Shown in pieces: positions 53,198 through 64,000 of a DNA stretch of 64,000 nt. The position numbers were made by a program, and so were the translations under genes. The stretch spans positions 12,958,001-13,022,000 of the forward strand of contig JANJGN010000002.1 in assembly GCA_026770705.1 (NCBI GenBank), given 5' to 3'. The notes under the pieces are model-generated. The model was given only the letters and a program-made list of their open reading frames with translations. It was not told the DNA's origin and searched no databases. This DNA is from Isurus oxyrinchus. Lineage: Eukaryota. Each line of letters starts with the position of its first letter. The first letter of the stretch is position 1.

Positions 53198-54810
53198 AAG
53201 ATTCGAGCTCTGCACCAGCAAGCAACTGTTGGTAAAAGCAGCATAATATCACTTTCCTGTCAAGAAACTCACACCTAACTGATTTTACACGGAAACATTG
53301 ATATACACTAAATTTCCTTGATCATTTGCGGCGCTCGCAAGGTATATCTGGAATAGCCCGCTGTCAGCAATTTACATAGCTCCACCTCCATACTAAAGAC
53401 CAGCTCAAGCAAATCATTTGTATTTACACCTGTAAAGCGCTGGCTTAGGTAGATAGACCCAAAACCTTAATGACAGCACATCCAACAGTCACTTGATATC
53501 AGTGTAACCAAGATTTTTGGAGCTTTTCCTGGATGTTTTTGATTTTTTCCTACTGAGAGTTGAAAAATGTTTGAGGCCCTCCCAGCCCCACACCCATGCA
53601 TTCAGAGGAACAAAATGGCCTCTCCAAAGGGCAAACCCCTATTCTGTATAATAATTGATGAGAAGTGTCAGAGGAAAGAGGCTCTGAAAACAAGGCGCCA
53701 GGCCATTAGTGGCATTGCATTTTTGCATTCTGGCAGTGGGAAACCATCTCCACAGGAAATTTTAGACCCAGCAAGATGGTTGTAGGAACTGGCATAAATG
53801 CTATAAAAGCAATTCCAGACCACTATTTCAAGTTAAACAATGACACTTAGATACAGAATGACAGGTTCAAGACAAGAAAGATGTAAATTTAGGTCCAATA
53901 ATAGAAAGTTCTCTTTCACACAAAGAGCAATTAACATATGGGCTGGAAAACACATGCAATCATTCAAGAAGTGATATGGGGTTGTTAATTGTTTTCTGGA
54001 TGGTTGGGGTTAGATGGGATGAATTACCTTGCTCATCAATACCTATTTAGTGATCTTTGTATTTCTTTAATCAGAAACTACTCATCATTTTACTGACATT
54101 ACCACAGTCGCTCGTGCCACCCAGCTATAAAACTGAGTTGCAGATCAATCACCCGTTATTGAAATCAGCTCAATTTTCACAGCCATTGAAATTAATTTCT
54201 ATAATGGATGATAAATCTGTTACACCAGTTTTACACACAGGCAGGCAAGCTAAAAATCTATCCCTCAGTAACCAAGAAAACCAATTAAGCCTCTACTGAC
54301 TATTTGGGGACTTTTCACAGTGTTAAGGCATTACATCTAATAACATTGCCAGTTGGAGGGGGCACTTAAACAACCTGAAAGATCTGCTGTGAAATAAATC
54401 ACAAATAAACTCTCAATCCAGTTTGAATTCATGTCCACAACACAAAAATTGTCCAGAATTCAACATTAATTTGTACTGTTGGTCATTCTTTCTTTTCAAA
54501 AAGTATTTTTTAATGATACTTAAAAATGGACATAAACAATGCAGTGAAAGTTTGCATCACTACAAAACAACTAGGGCAGGAAAATCACAAATAATGTTGA
54601 CCAGAATATACTACCAGTGGAAGTAGAGTTCACAGTATTGTCGTTGTGGAGGTGGTGTACTGCTGCACCTGTGCTACAGTAGAGCTCTGTTCCCAAGTGA
54701 ACAATTACATTACCGAAATGTTAATAGTGATTGGAAAAAAAACTCAGTTTTAATCCAATGTCCACTAAACAAAGCAATACTTACACAATCTCTCTCTGAA
54801 AAAGTATTAC

Positions 54811-55002
54811 CTGCAGGATTGGATTGTGGATATTCCAAACACATACATCTCGTTTGTCATGAGGGAAAGCACAATACTTCCAGCAACAAGCTAGCTGAAT
54901 ATGTGACAGTGGAGTATTGGACTGAACACAATGCTTTTCTGTTATAACTTCTTTCAAATAACCATTTTCCGCATTCTGGTGGATAGTGGTACTTGCCCAC
55001 AT
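54811..55002 (-). CDS. WDR27: WD repeat-containing protein 27, first coding exon
   Basis: ttttag|A ATG start; MWASTTIHQNAENGYLKEVITEKHCVQSNTPLSHIQLACCWKYCAFPHDKRDVCVWNIHNPILQ resembles the vertebrate WDR27 N-terminus (SHVQLACS..CAFPLD..ELCIWN); ends CAG|gtaata, phase 0. Confidence 0.92.
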
Positions 55003-55579
55003 TCTAAAAGTAAAATTAAAAATATCATCAAACTTACAAAAAGAAAAATCGAATGGATCTTTACAAACAAATATCAAAGTAATAGGGTCAGGGCAACAAT
55101 CACTACTTCAATAGAACAAATTGCCTCTGTCGACGTTACTCTGAAATAAGCCACTAGAAGCTGGGGCCAGAATGACTCGGTGTGATTTTCTCTCCCTGCG
55201 TGCAGGGAAGTACTGAGCCATTGCTCAGAAACTTCTCTTGACAGGGTAACAGATTGGAAACTCACTTTGTAGAGAATTCCATTCATGGACCCAAGTGGTT
55301 TACAGTTACCGGACGGAACGGTGGAAGTTTCAATTCAACTCCCACTAACAACTCTAATCACCTCACTTAGTAGCCCTGCTGCTGCCCAGTCTAATCACGA
55401 TACCTATGTAATGGATTCTCTTCCTTTTGTGGAGTAGCAAACATGGACAGGTATTCCCATTAATATCAATCCAGTATATGATTTTCTCCCATCATTTCAA
55501 CAAACAGGAATGTCACCGGCTGGGTGAGTGCAAAAACAGACCACAGCCGCTTCTTTAAAACAATTAGTTCTTACATAAT

Positions 55580-57170
55580 CCCTGTTACAGATTACAGTAT
55601 TACAGAGGAAGCCCCTGTTATTGGTTACAGTATTACAGAGGGTGCCCTGATTACAAGTTACAATGTTACAGAGGATTTCCCTGTTACAGGTTATAGTATT
55701 GCAGAAGGTGCCCTTTTTTTAAATTATTCATTCACAGGATGTGGGCTTCACTGGCTGGGCCAGCATTTATTGCTCATCCCTAGTTGCCCTTGAGAAAGTG
55801 GTGGTGAGCTACCTTCTTGAACCACTGCAGTCCATGTGGTGTAGGTATACCCACAGTACTGTTAGGGAGGGAGTTCACCAATTTTGACCCAGCAACAATG
55901 AAGGAACAGCGATATATTTCCAAGTGAGGATGGTGAGTGACCTGGAGGGAAACTTCCAGGTGGTGGTGTTCCCATCTATCTGTTGCCCTTGTACTTCTAG
56001 ATGGTGTTGATAGTGGGTTTGGAAGGTGCTGTCAAAGAAGCCTTGGTGAATTCCTGCCCCGTTACAGTATTACAGAGGGTTTTCCTGTTACAGGTTACAG
56101 TATTGCAGAGAGCGCACCTGTTACATGCTACAGTTATTACATTAGATGCCCCTGTTACAGGTCACAGCATTATAGAAGGTGCCCCTGTTACAGGTTACAA
56201 TGTTAGAGGGTGCCCCTGTTACAGGTGTAAAGAACATATCTTTTTATTTCTGTTGGACTGTGGATTAAAATTATAATGGCTGCAGTTTGAAAGACATGCC
56301 TACTGGAGCAATGTGAGGGATATCTCTAGAATGTTGCCGTCCTGGAACAGTGTGTGCCATGAAAGGCAGGATGGTACCAAGGAGGAGTCCGGTCTAATGA
56401 GGAACTGCCTGGCAACATTTTAATTGACTCCTAACCAGGTGACCAGGGTTTGCGTGAGAGCAGTGCAACAGAAAGAATAGCTCCTAGCCTGAAAGAAAAA
56501 AAGACCTAAAACCTCTCTCTCCTGTGTGTAAGATTCCAGGAATTCTACAATAATAGCTAGCTGGCTTTTTCTCCTCATATCTCTATAACCTGCTCTCTCT
56601 CTGAAAAGCCCTGTCAAGGGGCAAAGGGGGAAATCACCATTAGAAACATTGAAAGGCAAGTGCTCAACCAGTGAACTAAAGACTGAAGGTGCTGAAACAC
56701 CACCTTGTGTCATCAAAAAAGAACTGAAAAGAATTTGGAAGACATCGATCAAAATCAACCCATCAAATCCTGTTCTCTGGAATTGGTGCTATTGAACTGT
56801 TTTATCGCATCCTTAAAATCCATGTTTTAGTATGTCTTATGTGTCTTGTATGTGTGTATATAGGGAATTAAAAAGTGGTAGAGTTTAGGTTATAGAGTTA
56901 GAAATTAGCAGTTCATATTTCTTTCTTTTGCCACTTGTTAACGACAATATATTCAATAAACAGTTATTTACTTATTAAGTTTACAAACCTGGTCTCGTAT
57001 TCTGTTAACCTAAATTAAACAACTAGATGACTTGATCAAATTTTTTCACATTTGTTATGGTTCGGAGAGCAGTGGAGCATGATATTGCCGCACACTATCC
57101 CCAGTGAGTCACAGTATTACAGAAGGTGCAAGGTCACAGTATTACAGAGGGAGGCCCTGTTACAGGTTAC
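55580..57170. repeat. ~30-bp minisatellite (CCCTGTTACAGGTTACAGTATTACAGAGGGTG-like), split by a CR1 fragment (~55718-56053) and a solo LTR
   Basis: Units visible at 55580-55712, 56058-56225 and 57111-57170. Confidence 0.85.
56226..57110 (+). mobile_element. Solo LTR of the same Gmr1-type family as 1095-7841
   Basis: Colinear with 6951-7835 from TGTAAAGAAC to CCAGTGAGTC. Confidence 0.92.
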
Positions 57171-57267
57171 CAAAGTTATGGTTCTGAACACAGTTTGGTT
57201 GTTCAATCTGGTTCAGAGTCCAAGGAGATGGTGTGGTTGCCTAGTACCCTTTCTGGTTGTAGAAACT

Positions 57268-59160
57268 GAGGACAGGGTCTGGTCGCGGAGAGTGGGGGAC
57301 AGGGTCTAGTTGACCTGGGAAGGGAGACGGATTAGTTGAGGAGAGAAGGGGAACAGGGTCTAGCTGCGGAGAGAAGGGGGACAGGGTCTAGCTGCGGAGA
57401 GAAGGGGGACAGGGTCTAGCTGCAGAGAGAAGGGGGACAGGGTCTGGTCGCAGGCAGGGGGAGACAGGGTCTAGTCATGGAGAGAAGGGGGGCAGATTCT
57501 AGTTGCAGAGAAGGGGGACAGGGTCTGGTTCTCAACAGTGAAAGACAGGGTCTGTTCACGGAGTACAGGGAGACAGAGTGTAGCTGTGGAGGGTGGGAGC
57601 CAGAGTCTTGCCATAGAGAGCTGAGGACAGGGTCTGGTTGCAGAGAATGGAGGGCAGGGTCTAGTTCTGGAGAGGGAGGGACAGAGTCTTGTCGCAGGGA
57701 GAGTCGGGGACAGGGTCCGGTCAAGGGGAGGGTGGGGGACAGGGTCCGGTCAAGGGGAGGGTGGGGGACAGGATCCGGTCAAGGGGAGGGTGGGGGACAG
57801 GGTCCGGTCGCAGGGAGTGTGGGGGACAGGGTCCGGTCGCAGGGAGTGTGGGGGACAGGGTCCGGTCGCAGGGAGTGTGGGGGACAGGGTCCGGTCGCAG
57901 GGAGTGTGGGGGACAGGGTCCGGTCGCAGGGAGTGTGGGGGACAGGGTCTGGTCGCAGGGAGTGTGGGGGACAGGGTCCGGTCGCGGAGCGAGTGGGGGA
58001 CAGGGTCCGGTCAAGGGGAGAGTGGGGGACAGGGTCCGGTCAAGGGGAGAGTGGGGGGCAGGGTGCGCTCGCAGGGAGTGTGGGGGACAGGGTCCGGCCG
58101 CAGGGAGTGTGGGGGACAGGGTCCGGTCGCGGAGCGAGTGGGGGACAGGGTCCGGTCAAGGGGAGAGTGGGGGACAGGGTCCGGTCAAGGGGAGAGTGGG
58201 GGACAGGGTCCGGTCAAGGGGAGAGTGGGGGACAGGGTCCGGTCAAGGGGAGAGTGGGGGACAGGGTCTGGTCAAGGGGAGAGTGGGGGACAGGGTTCAG
58301 TCAAGGGGAGAGTTGGGGACAGGGTCCGGTCAAGGGGAGAGTGGGGGACAGGGTCCCGGGAAGAGGAGAGTGGAGGAGAGGGTCCAGCCGCGGGGAGTGT
58401 GGGGGGGGAGACAGGGTCCGGTCAAGGGGAGAGTCGGGGTCAAGGGTCCGGTCAAGGGGAAAGTGGGGGACAGGGTCCGGTAACGGGGAGTGTGGGGGAC
58501 AGGGTCCGGTCAAGAGGGTAGTGGAGGACAGGGTCCGGTCAAGGGGTGCATGGGGGGCAGGGTCCGGTCGCGGGGAGAGGGGAGGTGGGGGGACAGGGTC
58601 CCGTCGCGGGGAGTGTGCGGGACAGGGTCCGGTCAAGAGGAGAGCGGGGGACAGGGTCCGGTCAAGAGGAGAGCGGGGGACAGGGCCTTGTCGGTGGCGC
58701 GGGGGTTGAGGACAGGGTCCGGTCAAGGGGAGAGCGGGGGACAGGGTCCGGTCAAGGGGAGAGCGGGGGACAGGGTCCGGTCAAGGGGAGAGGGGGGGGA
58801 CAGGGCCTTGTCGGTGGGGCGGGGGTTGAGGACAGGGTCCGGTCAAGGGGAGAGCGGGGGACAGGGTCCGGTCAAGGGGAGAGTCGGGGGTCAAGGGTCT
58901 GGTCAAGGGGAGAGGGGGGGACAGGGTCCGGTCAAGGGGAGAGCGGGGGACAGGGTCCGGTCAAGGGGAGAGCGGGGGACAGGGTCCGGTCAAGGGGAGA
59001 GCGGGGGACAGGGTCCGGTCAAGGGGAGAGTCGGGGGTCAAGGGTCTGGTCAAGGGGAGAGGGGGGGACAGGGCCTTGTCGGTGGGGCAGGGGTTGAGGG
59101 CAGGGTCCGGTCAAGGAGAGTAGTTGGGGGGGGAGGGGGGGCGGGGGAGACAGGGTCTTG
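57268..59160. repeat. G-rich 29-bp minisatellite (GGGGACAGGGTCCGGTCAAGGGGAGAGTG)
   Basis: Directly visible tandem units, e.g. ACAGGG at 58145 and 58174. Confidence 0.95.
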
Positions 59161-59480
59161 TTTGGTGGGGGGCTCGATGCACGTGACCGAGTGCACGCGC
59201 GCTGGCGGTTGGTGCGGGACTTCAGGCGCCTTCCCTCCTTCCCGGGAGAAGCCGATCACGGCGAAGAGGGCTTGCGGTTGCAGCGCGGCCACGGGGCTTC
59301 GCTGCCGTTTCTCACCGCCACCGCGCCCGTGTTGTTAGTCAGAACAGGTAGAAATAGTGCCCGTACATTTTCTGATAACCGAGGCCGTTCCCTTGGCGTC
59401 TTCGTTGCTCTCCGTCTCCCATGGCAGCGGCGCCAGGCGACGGAACAGCGCGAGGATCAGAAAGGGCAGCGAATAGCGGA
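59160..59480 (-). promoter_or_regulatory. WDR27: CpG island; probable WDR27 promoter and non-coding exon 1 (candidate donor GCG|gtgaga at 59316)
   Basis: The main CpG-dense unique stretch; lies upstream of the first coding exon, which has a splice acceptor 1 nt before its ATG. Confidence 0.65.
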
Positions 59481-59689
59481 AGCTGACAAACTCAAAACCA
59501 TGGTGCCTGAGAATGGCAGAGAAAGCTGCAGCACAGAAAGAGGCCACTCCATCTGCCTATCCTGCCTGTGTTGATGGAAGTTGGATTGGGTAGTTGCACA
59601 GAATTTGGTGCATTTTCCAGCCAAGAAGCAAAATTGGAATCTTCTTAACAAATTGAATGCTTGTGACAATCACGTCCACGTCCTTGTTT

Positions 59690-60030
59690 GCTAATAAATC
59701 AGGCGGTCGGACAGCAATGTCCTCTCCCAAGCCAGCCTGCCCAGCATCGCGGTGCTAATCAGCTCTCAAAACCAGCTCTGCTGGGCGGTACATGTCACTC
59801 GTACGCCTGACACCAGAATCCCGAAGCAACCGCTCTACCCGGAACTAGGTGCAGGGGACTGCCGGGGGACTGTGGAAACGCTTTGGGATGTCCCCAAAGC
59901 ATCCCCGAAGAGCTCAAACGTACCCACCGCCTCCTGGGAATCCCTGGCCTGTGACCAACCAAAATGGAGAAGGTTCATTCGGGAAGGCACCGAACACATG
60001 GCGAGAGTTTGTGGGGAATGCACAGAGGTG
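59690..60030 (+). mobile_element. RTE-clade LINE 3' fragment
   Basis: QLCWAVHVTRTPDTRIPKQPLY.EL...WESLACDQPKWRRFIREG. Confidence 0.8.
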
Positions 60031-60059
60031 ACGTCACAAACCTACAAACAAGTCAATTT

Positions 60060-63000
60060 AGTAACTGTAGCTTTAAGGAATGTAGTGATTGTAGCTTTGA
60101 GACTTATTGTACTGTGTAGTTTCTCGTGACAGTGTGAACTAATCAGCCCAAAACGCGGAGAACCTTAGGGCTGGAGTTTGTGTCTGGTTATGTTTCTTGA
60201 TGGAAGCATGAAACTGCTGCTGAAGCCCTGTAAATAAAATTCACTTTCTTCTGAGAAATCTGTGTGCAAAATCAAGTTTATAACAATTGGTGATGAGGAT
60301 AAATTGGTTCCAGCACTGTCCCTCGCTGAGTGTATGTGAGTATCTTATTTTAAACAGAGGAAAGGGAAAATATACTCCCCAGGTATGCCACTTTTTGGCA
60401 GGATCAATCCCTTCAACTCATCCACAGAGGTTTGAGTCAATGTTTAGAATGCATCAGTTTCTTTTTCCAAGCAAACGAAATAATGGTGGAGGAAAAATGG
60501 AAAGCCTAGGCGTCTGTAGGACTAAAACTTATAATTTAACCCATAGTTTGACAGCCCCAAATGGTCCCGATTCGAAGACCTTCAGCGAATTGGTAGACCT
60601 CATAAAGGACCATTTTCCACCCAAACTCCCTGTAATTATGCAGCGGTTCAAATTTAATTCGCACGTAAGAGCCATGGGGGAGACCATAGCAACATACGTA
60701 GCGAAGTTGAAACAGCTAACTGAACATTGTGACTTCGGAGAAACCCTAAACAATGTGTTAAGGGATCTGTTCTGTTGAAGGGTCATGAGGACTCGAAACG
60801 TCAACTCTGATCTTCTCTGCCGATGCTGCCAGACCTGCTGAGTTTTTTCAGGTAATTCTGTTTTTGTTTTGGATTTCCAGCATCCGCAGTTTTTTGTTTT
60901 TATCTCTGTGTTAAGGGATCGTTTGGTCTGCGGTGTGCACAATGATGTCATTCAATGACGGTTATTAGCTGAAGTAAATATTGATTTTAAAAGAACATTG
61001 GAAATAGCGCTTGCGATGGAAAGCGCCAAGCAGGATTTGCAGGCCTTACAGGGTGTACAAAACGGCACAGTTTTCCAGTTGGGGTGGGAACAGACCACTG
61101 GACGTGGCGTGAAAATCAGGGAGTCAGCTGCAAAGTGGAAGACAGTCCCTGCTACCTGAAAATTTAAAAAATATACAGGAGACAGCTCAGCAGCAAATAT
61201 AAAAATGAATTGTTACCGACGTGAAAGTAACCATATCCCTGTAACTTGCTGTTTTAAAGAGGTGGAATGCCATTATTGTCATAAAAGAGGGCACATACTG
61301 AAGCAATGTAAAGCGGACTCCCAGGCAGCAAACTAAACTGATCAAAGTACATAATGTAGAAGAACCAGAAACCACTCATTCCGATGTTTATTCTCTATTT
61401 AATGTGAAAATAGGAAAACAGAGCCATTCACTCTTACTCTGCAGGTCAATGTAAAACCTTTGATTATGGAAGTGGAGACTGGTGCATCAACCCCTATAGT
61501 GGGGGAGCACACATTCAAATATATAAACAAGGGTACTCAACAATTGAATATGGAGCAGACTTCAGCCAAATTGAAAACGTATACTGGTGAAGCCATACAA
61601 GTGAAAGGTATTACCACTGTACCTGTTTATTACAAACACCAGACAGCTCAGCTCCCTGTGATTATAGTGGAAGGTGATGGACCAAGCCTTGTAGGCCGTG
61701 ATTAGTTGAAATAAATTAAACTAAATTTGTCTGAAATTTTCCAGCTGAGAGCTGGAGGACTTTCAGAGCTGCTAAAGAAATATAACAAGGTCTTTCGAGA
61801 AATCAAGGACCTGCAGACTAAGATCTATGTTGACTCTGAAGCAATTCCTTTTTTTTTTAAAGCCAGGCCTGTGCCCTATGCCCTGAGAGACAAAGTTGAC
61901 ACCAAATTAAACCATTTAAAGAAGCTGGATACTATTCAGCCAGTTCAATTTTCAAAATGGGCAGCACCCATAGTCCCTATCTTGAAACCAAACCAGACCA
62001 TTCGTATTTGTGGGAGATTACAAGTTAACAGTAAACAAGGCTGCCAAGTTGAACAAGCACCCTATCCCCAGGATCGAGGATCTGTATCGTTTACTTGGGC
62101 CACTGGGTGGTTGCCCAAGGGTTACACCTGGTAGAAGAAAAAGTCAAAGCTATTAAGGAGGCACCCTTACCTACAAATGTCTCAGAGCTCAAGACATTCT
62201 TGAGTATGGTAAATTACTGTGGTCAAATCCTACCCAACTTATCAATGGTCCTAGCCCCTTTACACATTATTAAAGAAAAACCAATGTTGGTCTTGGAAGT
62301 CACTTTAAGAAGAAGTCTTCACGAATGTTAAACAGCTCTTGCACTCTTCGAACTTGTTAGTATACCACAGCCCATCAAAAGAATTGGTGCTAACTTGCAA
62401 CACATCCCTCTATGGCATGAGAGCAATGCTATCTCACAAGATGGACGACAGTTCAGAAAGGCCAATAGGCTATGTATCCAAAACCCTCCCTACAGCCAAG
62501 AAGGCTATTCACAAATCAAGAAAGAAGGATTTTCGATTATTTTTGGAGTTAAAAAAATTCCATCAATATGCACATGGGTGACACTTTACCATAATACCTC
62601 ATCACAAACTGCTCTTGGGTCTGTTTAGCGAAGAAAAAGCTATCCCTCCCATAGCTTCCGCAAGAATTCAAAGATGGGCTTTGATTTTATCAGCATATGA
62701 ATATACTTTTATGCACAGACCACGGATGCATATAGCCAATGCAGATGCCCTAAGTCACCTTCCTTTGCAGGAAAGCATTGAACATGCTCCAACTCCCCTC
62801 GAGATTGTATTTTAGCGATGAATTTCCTGGATTCTTCGCCAGTTTGTGCAAGACAAATATAAAACTGGACTAACCATGATCCAGTCTTGTCTAGAGTACA
62901 AGACCAAGTATTGAAAGGATGGTCCCAGGAACCAGTCCCCAAAGAATTGAAGCCATTCTTCATTCAAAAGAATGGATTGGGTAGTCAGGATGGTATCTTA

Positions 63001-64000
63001 TTATGGGGTGCACACGTCATCGTTCCTTCACAAGGGAACCACTCTTAATTGAGTTGCATAGCGCACATCCTGGAATTTCCAAAATGAAAATGCTTGCAAG
63101 GAGCTATATCTGGTGGCCAGGTATAGACAGTGATATAGAAAAAATGGCACAGAGCCAGCAACTACAGAAGTTGACTGTTGCAGCCCCACTGCACCCGTGA
63201 GAATGGCCTGGTCAACCCTGGGTGAGACTGCATTTAGATTATGTTTTTGCCATTTCTAGGCACTGTGTTTCTAATAATAATTGATGCACCTTCCAAATGA
63301 TTGGACATATATGAAGTTAGATCGCCAATGTCAGATGTGACTAAAGAAAGGTGATGCCAAAGTTTTTCTATACATGGATTGCCAGGAGTCATTGTCTCAG
63401 GTACTGCATTTACTAGTGCTGAATTTCAAAGATTTGTGATTCTAAATGGTATCAAACACATAAAGGCAGCACCCAACCATCTGTCATCTAATGGATTGGC
63501 CGAGAGAGCAGTACAAACTTTTAAAGTTGGGATGCAAACTTCTCGGAAGGAACAATGGAGACTAAACTTTCACGTTTCCTATTTCACTATAGAATGGCCC
63601 CCCACACGACTACAGGTTCAACACCTTCAGAATTACTTATGAAGTACTGCCTTTGTACAAGATTAAGCCTGGTACTTCCCAATTTAGCGGGGAAGGTAGA
63701 GAACAGTTAAAGGAATCAAAAAGGTGACTCATGATTTGCATTGCCGAGAGCAAGAATTTATTGTCGGTGAAACAGTATTTGTACAAAACTTCAATGGTGG
63801 ATCGAGTTGGTTAGCTGGTGTAATAGTTTCTGTGACAAGACTGTTGTCATACCATGTAGAAGTGGAGGACCAGATCACCTGAAAACATGTGGATCATTTG
63901 AGAAGAAGGGAGATACCCAAACAAACTGATGTTCCACCTGTAACCATTGTAGAACCTGTGGTCCCCGTTGTGATTGATCAACCAAGGGTAGACATGCCAG
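60060..64000 (+). mobile_element. Gypsy LTR retrotransposon (canonical PR-RT-RH-IN order), decayed, runs off the window
   Basis: LTR ends CA at 60285, PBS-like TGGTGATGAG at 60288; gag QRFKFNSH..GETIATYVAKLK, CCHC, protease ETGAS, WAAPIVPI, ERPIGYVSK, integrase HSAHPGI and SNGLAERAVQT; RT core deleted near 62085. Confidence 0.9.
60768..60906 (+). mobile_element. 139-bp hammerhead-bearing Penelope-like insertion in Gypsy gag
   Basis: Perfect 14-bp TSD TGTGTTAAGGGATC at 60754-60767 and 60907-60920; removing it restores gag LRDRLVCG. Confidence 0.85.

Noticed and set aside
55580-57170. Interspaced ~30-bp repeats as a CRISPR-like array
   Set aside because: Units are directly tandem without unique spacers; the interruptions are transposons; eukaryotic context.
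57477-59338. Gly-rich collagen-like ORFs up to 410 aa
   Set aside because: Translation of a stop-free 29-bp G-rich VNTR; open in all plus frames.
59421-59486. CCATGG start as a candidate divergent gene
   Set aside because: Closes after 21 codons with no recognisable similarity.

Overview
Vertebrate genomic DNA, most likely from a shark or other cartilaginous fish (inferred from the repeat families). The window holds the 5' part of WDR27 on the minus strand. I traced 17 coding exons from ATG 55002 down to 7916; they join in phase into 1839 nt (613 codons), and the gene continues past the left edge. One intron is GC-AG. A probable non-coding first exon and CpG promoter lie at about 59.2-59.5 kb. 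The introns are dense with decayed mobile DNA. These include a Gmr1-type Gypsy element (integrase before RT, 4-bp TSD) with a Vingi-like LINE nested in its 5' LTR, solo LTRs, two PIF/Harbinger elements (transposase plus Myb/SANT gene) and related MITEs, many CR1/L2/RTE fragments, SINEs and three minisatellites. A second Gypsy element lies just upstream of the promoter. The most notable observation is a set of short Penelope-like retroelements from two families that carry minimal type I hammerhead ribozyme motifs, some as head-to-head pairs and two with 14-bp target-site duplications. All calls were read by eye without searches; family names come from recalled motifs.
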